A DNA stretch of 64,000 nucleotides from a virus, in the IMG/VR virus record IMGVR_UViG_3300045988_175328, positions 160,001 to 224,000 of that record; one strand, 5' to 3'. The notes under the pieces were generated by a model, which was not told the DNA's origin, made no database searches, and saw nothing but the letters and a program-made list of their open reading frames with translations. The position numbers and the translations under genes were made by a program. Numbering within the stretch: position 1 is the stretch's first letter; every line of letters starts with the position of its first letter. Below, one piece after another: positions 28,296 to 36,374 of this stretch.

Positions 28296-28766
28296 ATGAA
28301 AACACAAAAATCTACAGAACGCAAATTAGTTAATTTTTCTAGCTACTTTAAACAAAAAGACGACAAAGTCTTTGGTGCTGCTGTATTGCACTGCGGCAAG
28401 GAAGTGCAAGTTGCTGCTTACAATGGCGGCAAAGCCCTTCATTCTATTGAAGGAGCTGTGTGTGCAGCAGCATGCGCAGCTACAGTAAATATGAAGAAGG
28501 GAGACCTCTTCACCATGATTGTTGACTTGAAGACATTACGCCAATTATGGTCTGCTATTAAAACTGGCAATGTAACTGATGACTTCGCAGGCAATGAGGC
28601 GGAACGCAATGCCGTTATCAAAATGGCCGAACGCGTTCCAGCCCTTCGGGCTCGCGGCATTATTGTGAACATTCGTGCTCATAAAGATGTCTATGCAAGT
28701 GGAGGATACTTAGCAGGGCAACTCCCAATTTGGAGCCGTATGGCTACCAAAGCTATGAACATCTAA
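28296..28766 (+). CDS. Hypothetical protein (156 aa)
   Basis: ORF track; leader motifs upstream. Confidence 0.6.
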   Translation: MKTQKSTERKLVNFSSYFKQKDDKVFGAAVLHCGKEVQVAAYNGGKALHSIEGAVCAAACAATVNMKKGDLFTMIVDLKTLRQLWSAIKTGNVTDDFAGNEAERNAVIKMAERVPALRARGIIVNIRAHKDVYASGGYLAGQLPIWSRMATKAMNI

Positions 28767-28823
28767 ATCCTCTGACCTGAGCATGTCGGTAAACTGCTCA
28801 ATTATTTAATTTAATTTAATTAA

Positions 28824-28839
28824 GGGCGGCAAATCGCCC
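28824..28839 (+). promoter_or_regulatory. SD-adjacent hairpin with GCAAAT loop
   Basis: GGGCG-GCAAAT-CGCCC then GAGGAGG. Confidence 0.6.
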
Positions 28840-28851
28840 GAGGAGGTTTAT

Positions 28852-29337
28852 ATGCAAACTTTGAAAATTAACAATCCTACAAGAAACTTAATTGAGATGA
28901 CTTTAGAGGTCACAAAATTAAACGGCACTATTGAACAAGACGGCAATGCTGTTATCATTAATTTGCCAGAAGAACAGGTGTCTGCCTTTGTAGAATGGTA
29001 CGGTGGTACTGGACTTAAGGAGACTGCCCTTGCCATCGCAAAGAAAGCAGGAGCATTAACTGCCAAAGCAGGAGACCTTACGAAAGTAGGGACTGTTGCT
29101 TTAGGAAAATTATCTTTCAAGACAGCCTTCGGTATGACTCGCAGAGCCATTGAGGCGACCGCGGGGATCACAGCTGCGGCCGTTAATGGCGCCAAAGAAG
29201 CTTATAGCGAAATGGTAAGTTCTGACGAGTTCAGAGCTGTTAAAGAATCTTTTAGTTCTGGACGCGGCAACGGCATTGAATTTGTCGAAATGACACCGGT
29301 TGTTCAAGCTGAAGTAGCAGAAGTTGTAGAAGGATAG
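28852..29337 (+). CDS. Hypothetical protein, paralogue of 50581-51096
   Basis: 'AKAGDLTKVGTVALGKLSFKTAFGMTRRAIEATAGITAAAVNGAKEAYSEM' shared central block. Confidence 0.65.
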   Translation: MQTLKINNPTRNLIEMTLEVTKLNGTIEQDGNAVIINLPEEQVSAFVEWYGGTGLKETALAIAKKAGALTAKAGDLTKVGTVALGKLSFKTAFGMTRRAIEATAGITAAAVNGAKEAYSEMVSSDEFRAVKESFSSGRGNGIEFVEMTPVVQAEVAEVVEG

Positions 29338-29409
29338 AAATCCTCAGACCTGAGCAAGTCGTTAAACTGCTTAATTTAAATTGAATTATATTTTATGGAG
29401 GGAACTGTC

Positions 29410-29523
29410 ATGAATAAAGAAGTTAAACAAATTATTGCATCTATCGGAGTATTAGGATTGTGTTACGCAGTCGGATACGCTATTGGCTATTTCGGATTTA
29501 ATCTTGTTAAGAAAATTAAATAA
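29410..29523 (+). CDS. Tiny membrane protein (37 aa), not in ORF track
   Basis: MNKEVKQIIASIGVLGLCYAVGYAIGYFGFNLVKKIK; SD GGAGGG. Confidence 0.6.
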   Translation: MNKEVKQIIASIGVLGLCYAVGYAIGYFGFNLVKKIK

Positions 29524-29794
29524 AGGAGGCTACATGACTATTTCTGAACTTGAGGGCGCCATTAAAATGATGTTCATCATTTACGGCGAGCCGACCGCAA
29601 CGAATATTGGCTACGGTGTTTTCAGAGTCACCGCTAGTGATGCTGAAATCCTTATTGAGAGGATTGATACTACTGGTGGATCTAGTATTAAACTGACTGG
29701 TCCGTCTGGTTCTATTGAAAAAGACGAGCCGTCTTTAGAATTTAGATTGTTGGTTGACCGTCTAGAGCGAGTTGTAGACGGTTATAATTATTAG
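29483..29794 (+). CDS. Hypothetical protein (real start probably downstream, near 29534)
   Basis: ORF track; AAAGGAGG SD precedes MTISELEGAIKMMFIIYG. Confidence 0.55.
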   Translation: MAISDLILLRKLNKGGYMTISELEGAIKMMFIIYGEPTATNIGYGVFRVTASDAEILIERIDTTGGSSIKLTGPSGSIEKDEPSLEFRLLVDRLERVVDGYNY

Positions 29795-29816
29795 TTTATC
29801 TGTAAGGAGAAACATT

Positions 29817-30302
29817 ATGGAATTACAAGTAATTAAAGGTATGGTTATTGCGGCAAAATTAGCAAACAAATTTATGGGCGGCGCCTTGGAAAACAATCGT
29901 GCCGAGCTCCAAATCGGTGACGTGAATTTAGTTATTTACAGCGCTGGCGGAAACGAGGTAGTAATTGCTCCAACTTCTATGGAGATGTGGTATGACCCAA
30001 TCCATGTTGAAGGAACTTTGGAAACTGTCTTCGATACCATCGGAGAGATGCTAAAAGAAGCTGTCGAAGATGACGAAGACTCTCCATATCGTTACGAGTT
30101 TCCTAACTTAGAGCGCCTTGTCGAGTATATCGAGAAAGAAACAGGTGTCGTAGCTAACGAACATCCTAAATGCTATACTAAAGAATGGGACGGTATTATG
30201 GAATTCGACGAGTTCAAAATCGTTTTCTTTGGGCCATACCATGGTACTGTATATGTGCCGGAAGATTACAAACTTAACTTTGTGTTGAAAGAGTTACCAT
30301 AA
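29817..30302 (+). CDS. Hypothetical protein, family C paralogue
   Basis: 'VIKGMVIAAKLANKFM...NLVIYSAGGNEVVIAPTSMEMWYDP' and C-terminal 'GPYHGTVYVPEDYKLNFVL' repeated in 30540 ORF. Confidence 0.6.
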   Translation: MELQVIKGMVIAAKLANKFMGGALENNRAELQIGDVNLVIYSAGGNEVVIAPTSMEMWYDPIHVEGTLETVFDTIGEMLKEAVEDDEDSPYRYEFPNLERLVEYIEKETGVVANEHPKCYTKEWDGIMEFDEFKIVFFGPYHGTVYVPEDYKLNFVLKELP

Positions 30303-30313
30303 GGAGAAATATT

Positions 30314-30568
30314 ATGGAATTAATTAAAGGATTATTCATTGGCGCCGCCTTACTAGGCAAACCAGTTCTCGTTAAGAAAGAACGGAAGGGCGTATACAAT
30401 TTTATTATCGGGCCGATCACAGTTTTTATCTATGATTGGGATGACAGTCGCACTATCGTCGGTATTGATGGACCAGAAGGTTCATACGAATCTTACAAAA
30501 TCGACGGGGATGTGAGAACAGTATTACACTACCTTGTAGATGTCAACAATAATATCGAGATTAAATAG
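30314..30568 (+). CDS. Hypothetical protein, short family C paralogue
   Basis: 'MELIKGLFIGAALLGKP... ITVFIYDWDDSRTIVGIDGPEGSYESYKIDGDVRTV'. Confidence 0.55.
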   Translation: MELIKGLFIGAALLGKPVLVKKERKGVYNFIIGPITVFIYDWDDSRTIVGIDGPEGSYESYKIDGDVRTVLHYLVDVNNNIEIK

Positions 30569-31061
30569 GAGTATTATTGCTATGAAAATTATTGAAGGTT
30601 TAATTATGGCTGCAAGATTAGCAAATAAAGATATAACATATCGACTAGAAATTAATTATGCCGAATTTAAGATTGGAGATATTACTTTAGATATCTACAT
30701 AAAAGATAAAAATATAGTTATGATTACTCCGACTTGTGAGAACATGTGGGGACAGCCACTCTATATCGAAGGAACAGTCGGGTCTGTTTTCTCTGATATC
30801 TTAGACATGGTAAACGAATCAGATGTCGATTCTGAGAATTCTCCGTATCGTCAGCGCTTTTCAAATTTAAAATCTTTGGTTGAGTACATCGTAAAAGAAA
30901 CGGGAGCTATTGCAGGAGAACATCCCAAACGTTATATCGAAGAGTGCGCTGACGTTATCGAATTCATTGAATTTAAAGTTGTATTATTCGGGCCATATCA
31001 TGGAACAGTGTATGCTCCCGAAGATTACCAACTGAACTTTGTTTTAGACGAATTACCGTAA
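30540..31061 (+). CDS. Hypothetical protein, family C paralogue (real start probably 30582)
   Basis: 'MKIIEGLIMAARLANKD' and 'FKVVLFGPYHGTVYAPEDYQLNFVLDELP'. Confidence 0.6.
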   Translation: MSTIISRLNRSIIAMKIIEGLIMAARLANKDITYRLEINYAEFKIGDITLDIYIKDKNIVMITPTCENMWGQPLYIEGTVGSVFSDILDMVNESDVDSENSPYRQRFSNLKSLVEYIVKETGAIAGEHPKRYIEECADVIEFIEFKVVLFGPYHGTVYAPEDYQLNFVLDELP

Positions 31062-31070
31062 GGAGAATTT

Positions 31071-31295
31071 ATGATGGTATTATATTTCGATACAGTTGAG
31101 GAGCTTATCGAATATTTTAAAAAGAAATCTGGATTCGAGCCGGGGCCTGTGAAAATTATTCGTTATTCTGATGGCGCATTCGATATTGTATATGGAGATA
31201 TCGAGCTAGAATTCGAGAATAAGATTAAAGGTTCCGTCTTGTTCTGTGGCGACTTTATGGTTCGCTTCGAACTTGGCACTCCCGTCGTAATCTAA
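31071..31295 (+). CDS. Hypothetical small protein
   Basis: ORF track, SD upstream. Confidence 0.5.
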   Translation: MMVLYFDTVEELIEYFKKKSGFEPGPVKIIRYSDGAFDIVYGDIELEFENKIKGSVLFCGDFMVRFELGTPVVI

Positions 31296-31347
31296 AAAAT
31301 CCTCGTTGGCGAGGTCGTATTTAAAATTTAATTAAGGAGGAATTATT

Positions 31348-31611
31348 ATGAACATGTCTTATTACGGAAGCTTATTTGATTTGGTAGAAGATATTAAAAA
31401 AGACTGCGGCGGATGGGAAACGTACAGTTATAAAGCCAAAGGCAATCAGTTAGACATTGAATTCTTTTTGGGCGACGATATCGTATGTAAGGCTGTCTTC
31501 GTGTTCGAGAAAAACTTAATCGAAGGATCTTATGTTGTCGACGAAGATATTTATGACTTCTCGGTTAAAACGGATGAAGTATTACACCATTTGTTTGCAC
31601 GTTTAGGTTAG
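31348..31611 (+). CDS. Hypothetical small protein
   Basis: ORF track, AAGGAGG SD. Confidence 0.55.
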   Translation: MNMSYYGSLFDLVEDIKKDCGGWETYSYKAKGNQLDIEFFLGDDIVCKAVFVFEKNLIEGSYVVDEDIYDFSVKTDEVLHHLFARLG

Positions 31612-31615
31612 TTGC

Positions 31616-31891
31616 TTGGGTCCTTCGGGACCCTTATTCTTTTATCTGGAGGTTACTATGTCTATTGAATGGATTAAAGATATGTTTATTAAATTAAAAG
31701 ATGAGGCCGGAGCTATTGTCGGCATTGGTAATATGCATGACTATGATTTCGGGAAGATGTCTTTTAATTTTATCGACATGGACTTTGGAGTTGTCGGCGT
31801 CTCTTTCTGGGAAGGAGATGACGTATTTAATTTTGACGTATGCGCCGACTATGAAGAATTAATTAATGAACTTAATAGTATTCTAGGATAA
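31616..31891 (+). CDS. Hypothetical small protein (real start probably 31658)
   Basis: ORF track; GGAGG precedes MSIEWIKDMFI. Confidence 0.5.
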   Translation: MGPSGPLFFYLEVTMSIEWIKDMFIKLKDEAGAIVGIGNMHDYDFGKMSFNFIDMDFGVVGVSFWEGDDVFNFDVCADYEELINELNSILG

Positions 31892-31901
31892 GGAGAACTA
31901 T

Positions 31902-32135
31902 ATGGAAAACTTGTGCGAATTATTAATGGAAGAAAAAGAAATAGGATTAGTTCAGTCTGTCGAGATTGAAGACGACTTATATCTATATGAATATCCAAGC
32001 GGCCGAGCACTCGTTAAAGAAATAGACGGGTACGCTACTTGTGACGTAGAGGTGGACGGAAGAAGATTCTTTTCAGATATCCATCTGCCATATAAAGATG
32101 TGGTGCGAGAATTAAACAGAGTCGTAGAATTATAA
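31902..32135 (+). CDS. Hypothetical small protein
   Basis: ORF track, AAGGAG SD. Confidence 0.5.
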   Translation: MENLCELLMEEKEIGLVQSVEIEDDLYLYEYPSGRALVKEIDGYATCDVEVDGRRFFSDIHLPYKDVVRELNRVVEL

Positions 32136-32139
32136 TAAT

Positions 32140-32187
32140 AAGGGGTGCCCGAGCGAAGCGAGGGGTTAACGCCCCTTTTATTTTTTT
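32140..32187 (+). terminator. Terminator ending the 25.9-32.1 kb gene array
   Basis: AAGGGG...CCCCTT stem enclosing GAGCGAAGCGAG, then T-rich tail. Confidence 0.6.
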
Positions 32188-32705
32188 CTAATAACCGTCT
32201 CCAACGGATCTAGCGAGCGAAGCGAGCGATTAACGAACCTACTATGTTTAAAGGGCGAGCGAATGCGAGCCCTTGTTAATGGACTTGTTTATATGAGGCG
32301 AGCGAAGCGAGCCGTTAATGTACCTATCTTAAGTTTAGTAAGGGCGAGCGAAGCGAGCCCATTAAAGAACTAACTTAAAGATAGTAGCGATGCGAACGAA
32401 GTGAGCCGAGCTGTTGGTCCTTACTATAGTATAGTCGGCGAGTGAAACGAGCCGTTATAGTATAGTACTTATATATAGTATTAATAGAAAGAACCCGAAG
32501 GGTTATTATGTATAATAGTATATATAAGCGAAAAAGGGAGCGTGAGCGACAGAAGGAGAGGCGGCGAACGAAGTGAGCCGTTGTTTGTTTCTTTGTTCCT
32601 GTATATATAAGAAAAGACAAGACAATTTGTTTTCGTCTTTTTGTTATATATAGTATAAAGAAAAAGAATAAATGGGCGCGAGCGGCAGCGAGCGATTGTT
32701 TGTTC
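32148..32705. repeat. Degenerate array of GAGCGAAGCGAGC-type elements
   Basis: At least eight variants (e.g. GGGCGAGCGAAGCGAGCCC, GGCGAGCGAAGCGAGCCG, GGGCGAGCGAATGCGAGCCC). Confidence 0.75.
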
Positions 32706-32799
32706 TTGTATACTATATAATAGTATAAGAAAGACAAGAATTTTTTTGTTTGTCTTATAGTACTATATAGTATTAATAGTAAAAGAAATAAAAAAAAGA

Positions 32800-32892
32800 A
32801 TGCCGGAAGTGGTCTTGAAGAGATTTATGGTAATATAAGTCATGGTACATGACTTAACCCGTGGGAATTGTGGACGACCCTTCCTTCCGGTG
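32800..32892 (+). ncRNA. Candidate structured element, copy 1 of 'GTAATATAA+hairpin' motif
   Basis: GGTAATATAAGTCATG-GTA-CATGACTTAACC with outer GCCGGAAG/CTTCCGG pairing. Confidence 0.45.
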
Positions 32893-33006
32893 CATGTACC
32901 TTTTTTATTTTTTGTCGCTGGCTCTTATTTAATTTTTGTTCTTGTTATATACTATATATATAATAATAAAAGAAATTAAAATAAGAATCGGCGCCGAGAA
33001 AATTTT

Positions 33007-33036
33007 GAGTAATATAAGTCTCGAAGAGACTTAACC
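33007..33036 (+). ncRNA. Structured element, copy 2
   Basis: GAGTAATATAAGTCTC-GAA-GAGACTTAACC. Confidence 0.45.
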
Positions 33037-33256
33037 GTGAGGTAGAATGGCCGGATGAATTGCTATTGTCTTATACTATATATATAGTAAGACACATAAC
33101 ATATCGCCGCCCGAACCCTTTAAAAAATTTTATTATTAAATTAATTTATATTTTTTAATTTTTTCGCCCCTGGTATTTTATTATAGTACTATATAGTAAT
33201 AATATATAAACATAACAACATAATAATAATCGCCCGGGCTTCCTGAAAAAATTTTT

Positions 33257-33288
33257 GGTAATATAAGTCTCGAAGAGACTTAACTCCT
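33257..33288 (+). ncRNA. Structured element, copy 3
   Basis: GGTAATATAAGTCTC-GAA-GAGACTTAACTCC. Confidence 0.45.
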
Positions 33289-33468
33289 TACCCCCGGTAT
33301 CTTGATCCCGTAGGGGTCTTATTGTACTGTATCTACACTATAGTACTTACCGAACAAAATGTTTCTTATCTTACTTTTTATTCGGTTGTACATAGGGTTA
33401 GACACTTCGGTACATTAAAAAATTTTTTTTCTAAAAAAATGACTAACGTAACTTTTATGAGTAATATA

Positions 33469-33482
33469 ACTAACGTTAGTTT
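33469..33482. repeat. Perfect 14-bp palindrome AACTAACGTTAGTT after GAGTAATAT (possible 4th copy)
   Basis: Direct reading of sequence. Confidence 0.55.
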
Positions 33483-33564
33483 TCTTCGAAGAGAAGTAAG
33501 CTGAAACTGCAAGGCTGCCTGCTCTACGACTGCCCGTACGGTTTTTTATAGAAGAATGGTAGTG

Positions 33565-34150
33565 TATTAATACTGTACTGTTAGTACTACTAGTACTGTA
33601 CTACTCGACCCACACCTTTTGTGGCTGTGCCCTAAAAGGACGGGCCACTCTAATAGTTTTTTTACAGAAATTGTAGTTAATTTGTACTATTTCTAATGCA
33701 ATATTAATAGTAAAACTGCATTGGTTTTTCTGTACTTATAGATATACTAATTGCATTAGTTTTACAGATACAATTGTATTGGTTTTACAGTACCAACAGT
33801 TAACTAACACTACAGTACTTACAGTACTAATAAGACCGTACCAATGGTTTTAATGGTACTATAGTAAGATTGTACCATTGCCAATACAGCACTGCAAATA
33901 AAACCGTACTGTTTTGCAGTACTAAATGGTAATTAAATTGGTATGTTAATACAGTACTAACAAAACTGAACCAATGCTATTAATAGTACTACAGTTAAAC
34001 TGTATCAACAAGACAGTACCTATAGTACTATCAGAACTATAGTTAGATTGTATCAATAAGACAGAACCAATAGAACTATTGAAGCTATAGAAAGACTGTA
34101 CTAATTAAACTGTACTAATAGTATTAACAGTACATATAGTAAAGTAGTAT
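33565..34150. repeat. Degenerate tandem array rich in TACTGTAC/AATAGTACT, ~48-bp period in its right part
   Basis: acagttaaactgtatcaacaagacagtacctatagtactatcagaact / atagttagattgtatcaataagacagaaccaatagaactattgaagct / atagaaagactgtactaattaaactgtactaatagtattaacagtac. Confidence 0.65.
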
Positions 34151-34214
34151 TATATTAATAATTGTAATAGTAGTATTAATAATAAGAAGAATAAAGAAAA
34201 GAAAAATTTTTTTC

Positions 34215-34234
34215 TTAAGGGGCAAGCCCCTTAA
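34215..34234. repeat. Dispersed palindrome TTAAGGGGCAAGCCCCTTAA (copy 2)
   Basis: Preceded by GAAAAATTTTTTTC, followed by CAACCCCAAGTTG. Confidence 0.85.
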
Positions 34235-34355
34235 CAACCCCAAGTTGGTGAAGTTTAAAACAGCAGTAATATAAAGACTGTGTTTTTTGTATCACCTCCA
34301 ATACCGAAACACACATCATAATGTTTCCTCCTTTCTAAAATGATGAGAACTGAGA

Positions 34356-34461
34356 GCTCGGTTGAAACTTAGACCGAGCCTTGGTCTTATCGCGTTTACG
34401 CGTAATATACGAGTCCTGTAAGGACTCGATAACTGGAAACGATGTTAATTTATAGGAATAT
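34356..34461 (+). ncRNA. Possible small structured RNA/leader: three hairpins before a terminator
   Basis: GCTCGGT..ACCGAGC; CGCG-TTTA-CGCG; GAGTCC-TGTAA-GGACTC. Confidence 0.4.
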
Positions 34462-34488
34462 AGCCGCCCGTTTGGGCGGCTTTTTTTG
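34462..34488 (+). terminator. Rho-independent terminator
   Basis: AGCCGCCCGTTTGGGCGGCTTTTTTT. Confidence 0.9.
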
Positions 34489-34499
34489 TTTTATTTGAG

Positions 34500-35237
34500 G
34501 TGTTATTTATGGGATTTGATGGAAACTATAAAGACGAAAAATGGATTGTTTCGATAAACCGAGAGAAGAATCTTATTATCGAAGAACGAGGTGAGTTGTA
34601 TGAAGTTCAATGTATCGGAATGAATGGCAATGTGTTAGTCGACAGAGTATTCTTTATGGGCCCGATTAGCGAAGAAGAAGTTTGGGAACTTATCTGGAGA
34701 CTGAGATTGGAAGGTATAGACGGAGAACTAACGATAGAAGAAAGTGGTTTGAACTATAAGGATTGGTTTGACGGGTTCGGTTTATACGAAAGCGATTTGT
34801 TATTTGGAGGATCCTGTTTATGGAGAAGAACTGTCGGAGATGTTATTATCGATATCGGTATATCAGGTAACGGTAGAAATATTATGTACGAGAGAAAAGA
34901 AGATAGTTTCTTTGAAGTTTTAGTATATAGTGGTAACAGTAAAATTAGAAGTGAAATTAGTCAAAGTAAGAGCTTTGGTATTGGTAGTCCTTATAATAAT
35001 AGTGATATTCTTAGTAATAGTATAGATAGTGTTATTATTGATAATAGTAATAGTAGTAATAATAGTGGAGATGGTAATAATGGTATATATAGTTATAACT
35101 ATAGTGGATTACCTTGTTATTATAGAGGATATATTAGTTACTATATAGTATTAGAGATTATAGATATGTTTATTAGAGAGTATGGAGGAGTTAAAGAGAA
35201 AAGAAAAATTTTTTTTCTTAAGGGGCAAGCCCCTTAA
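34500..35237 (+). CDS. Hypothetical protein, family D; 3' end formed by dispersed palindrome copy 3 (real start probably 34509)
   Basis: 'NREKNLIIEERGELYEVQCIGMNGNVLVDRVFFMGPISEEEVWELIWRLRLEG' resembles 37057/37655 ORFs; ends ..KEKRKIFFLKGQAP. Confidence 0.55.
   Translation: MLFMGFDGNYKDEKWIVSINREKNLIIEERGELYEVQCIGMNGNVLVDRVFFMGPISEEEVWELIWRLRLEGIDGELTIEESGLNYKDWFDGFGLYESDLLFGGSCLWRRTVGDVIIDIGISGNGRNIMYERKEDSFFEVLVYSGNSKIRSEISQSKSFGIGSPYNNSDILSNSIDSVIIDNSNSSNNSGDGNNGIYSYNYSGLPCYYRGYISYYIVLEIIDMFIREYGGVKEKRKIFFLKGQAP
35218..35237. repeat. Dispersed palindrome (copy 3)
   Basis: AAAGAAAAATTTTTTTTCTTAAGGGGCAAGCCCCTTAACAACCCCAAGTTG. Confidence 0.85.
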
Positions 35238-35353
35238 CAACCCCAAGTTGACGTAGGTTTAAAGTGCTACGTTAGCAAATAAAATCCTCATTAGTGAGGC
35301 ACATTTAATGCTATCTATAGAACATACGTTCTTATTAATAAGGAGGTGATCTT

Positions 35354-35665
35354 ATAAGATATCAAAGCTGTGAAGAATTTGAAAGCTACTTCGACGGTCG
35401 ATTTTATCTATTAAAAGATCTTATTCGTGGAAATAAATTATTATGGGAAGTTGAAATAGATAAGTATACTGTTATAAATATATTAACTGAAGGAGACAGG
35501 TATGGAATAATATATCCCGAGAAAGAACGGAACTATTTTGAAGTAGGTATAATGTATGAGTCAGAAGGAAGCAATGATATTACACATCAAACTATATTAA
35601 ATGTTCCTTATTATGTGGCGCTTGAAATAATAAAGAGCTTAAAAGAAGATACTTTAAAGGAGTAG
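35354..35665 (+). CDS. Hypothetical protein, family B, candidate non-canonical ATA start (absent from ORF track)
   Basis: IRYQSCEEFESYFDGRFYLLKDLIRGNKLLWEVEIDKYTVINILTEG... colinear with ORF 40432-40734; consensus SD AAGGAGGTGAT at 35339-35350. Confidence 0.55.
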   Translation: MRYQSCEEFESYFDGRFYLLKDLIRGNKLLWEVEIDKYTVINILTEGDRYGIIYPEKERNYFEVGIMYESEGSNDITHQTILNVPYYVALEIIKSLKEDTLKE

Positions 35666-35669
35666 TTTA

Positions 35670-36005
35670 ATGAATGCAGAAGAGATATTTGATAAATATT
35701 CAAAATGGTTCGACGGAGATTTCTCTATACGTTCAAATGTTATCGAAGGACATTTTATTATAGAAGGATATAATTATATATGGAACGTCAGAATCGGCAA
35801 GGACCTTATTATGGAAATCATGACTAATGGTAAAAGTTTAGGAAGAATTTATTCTAAAAAAGAAGATAGCAGCTTTGAACTAAAGATTATTAATATTCAA
35901 AAGAAAGAAGATGAAGAATATCCATCTCAAACAATTGAAGATTTTTATAGCTATGTTCCTTACCATGTAGTGCTTGAATTAATTTATGCCTACCGTAATA
36001 ATTAA
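35670..36005 (+). CDS. Hypothetical protein, family B
   Basis: 'YSKWFDGDFSIRSNVIEGHFIIEGYNYIWNVRIGKDLIMEIMTNG...YVPYHVVLELIYAY'. Confidence 0.6.
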   Translation: MNAEEIFDKYSKWFDGDFSIRSNVIEGHFIIEGYNYIWNVRIGKDLIMEIMTNGKSLGRIYSKKEDSSFELKIINIQKKEDEEYPSQTIEDFYSYVPYHVVLELIYAYRNN

Positions 36006-36070
36006 TATTCATTAATTTGCGTATTTATGTATCGGCAAAAATCCTCATTTGTGAGTTATTTTTATGTTCT

Positions 36071-36094
36071 GCCAGTGTAGAAATATTTGCTGGC
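36071..36094 (+). promoter_or_regulatory. GNRA-capped leader hairpin copy 3
   Basis: GCCAG-TGTAGAAATATTTG-CTGGC. Confidence 0.6.
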
Positions 36095-36116
36095 TGTGTT
36101 ATTATAGGAGGTACTT

Positions 36117-36374
36117 ATGTATTATCGTGATTGGTTTAAAGATTCTTATTTTGAAGAACCATTTGATGGTGGTTTGCGCTGGCATATTGAAGGTAAAAAG
36201 TATACTATTAGTATCGTTACCGGCGCATTCGTAATGGGTAAGAAGTCTTTTTGTCGTGAAACAAGTACTTATGAAGTTGCTCTATTACGAAAAGATGGTA
36301 CTGTTATTTATGACAGTATTGAAGGTTATTTAGATTATAATGAAGTATTAGGATTTATTGAAAAATATGTATAA
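36117..36374 (+). CDS. Hypothetical protein, family B
   Basis: 'DWFKDSYFEEPFDGGLRWHIEGKKYTISIVTG'. Confidence 0.55.
   Translation: MYYRDWFKDSYFEEPFDGGLRWHIEGKKYTISIVTGAFVMGKKSFCRETSTYEVALLRKDGTVIYDSIEGYLDYNEVLGFIEKYV

Noticed and set aside
32375-32737. Minus-strand 120-aa ORF in the track
   Set aside because: Low-complexity Tyr/Phe/Arg-rich translation of repeat-rich intergenic DNA, with no supporting homology; treated as spurious.
33565-34150. CRISPR-like repeat array
   Set aside because: Units are degenerate with no constant direct repeat, no unique spacers of fixed length and no cas-like genes.
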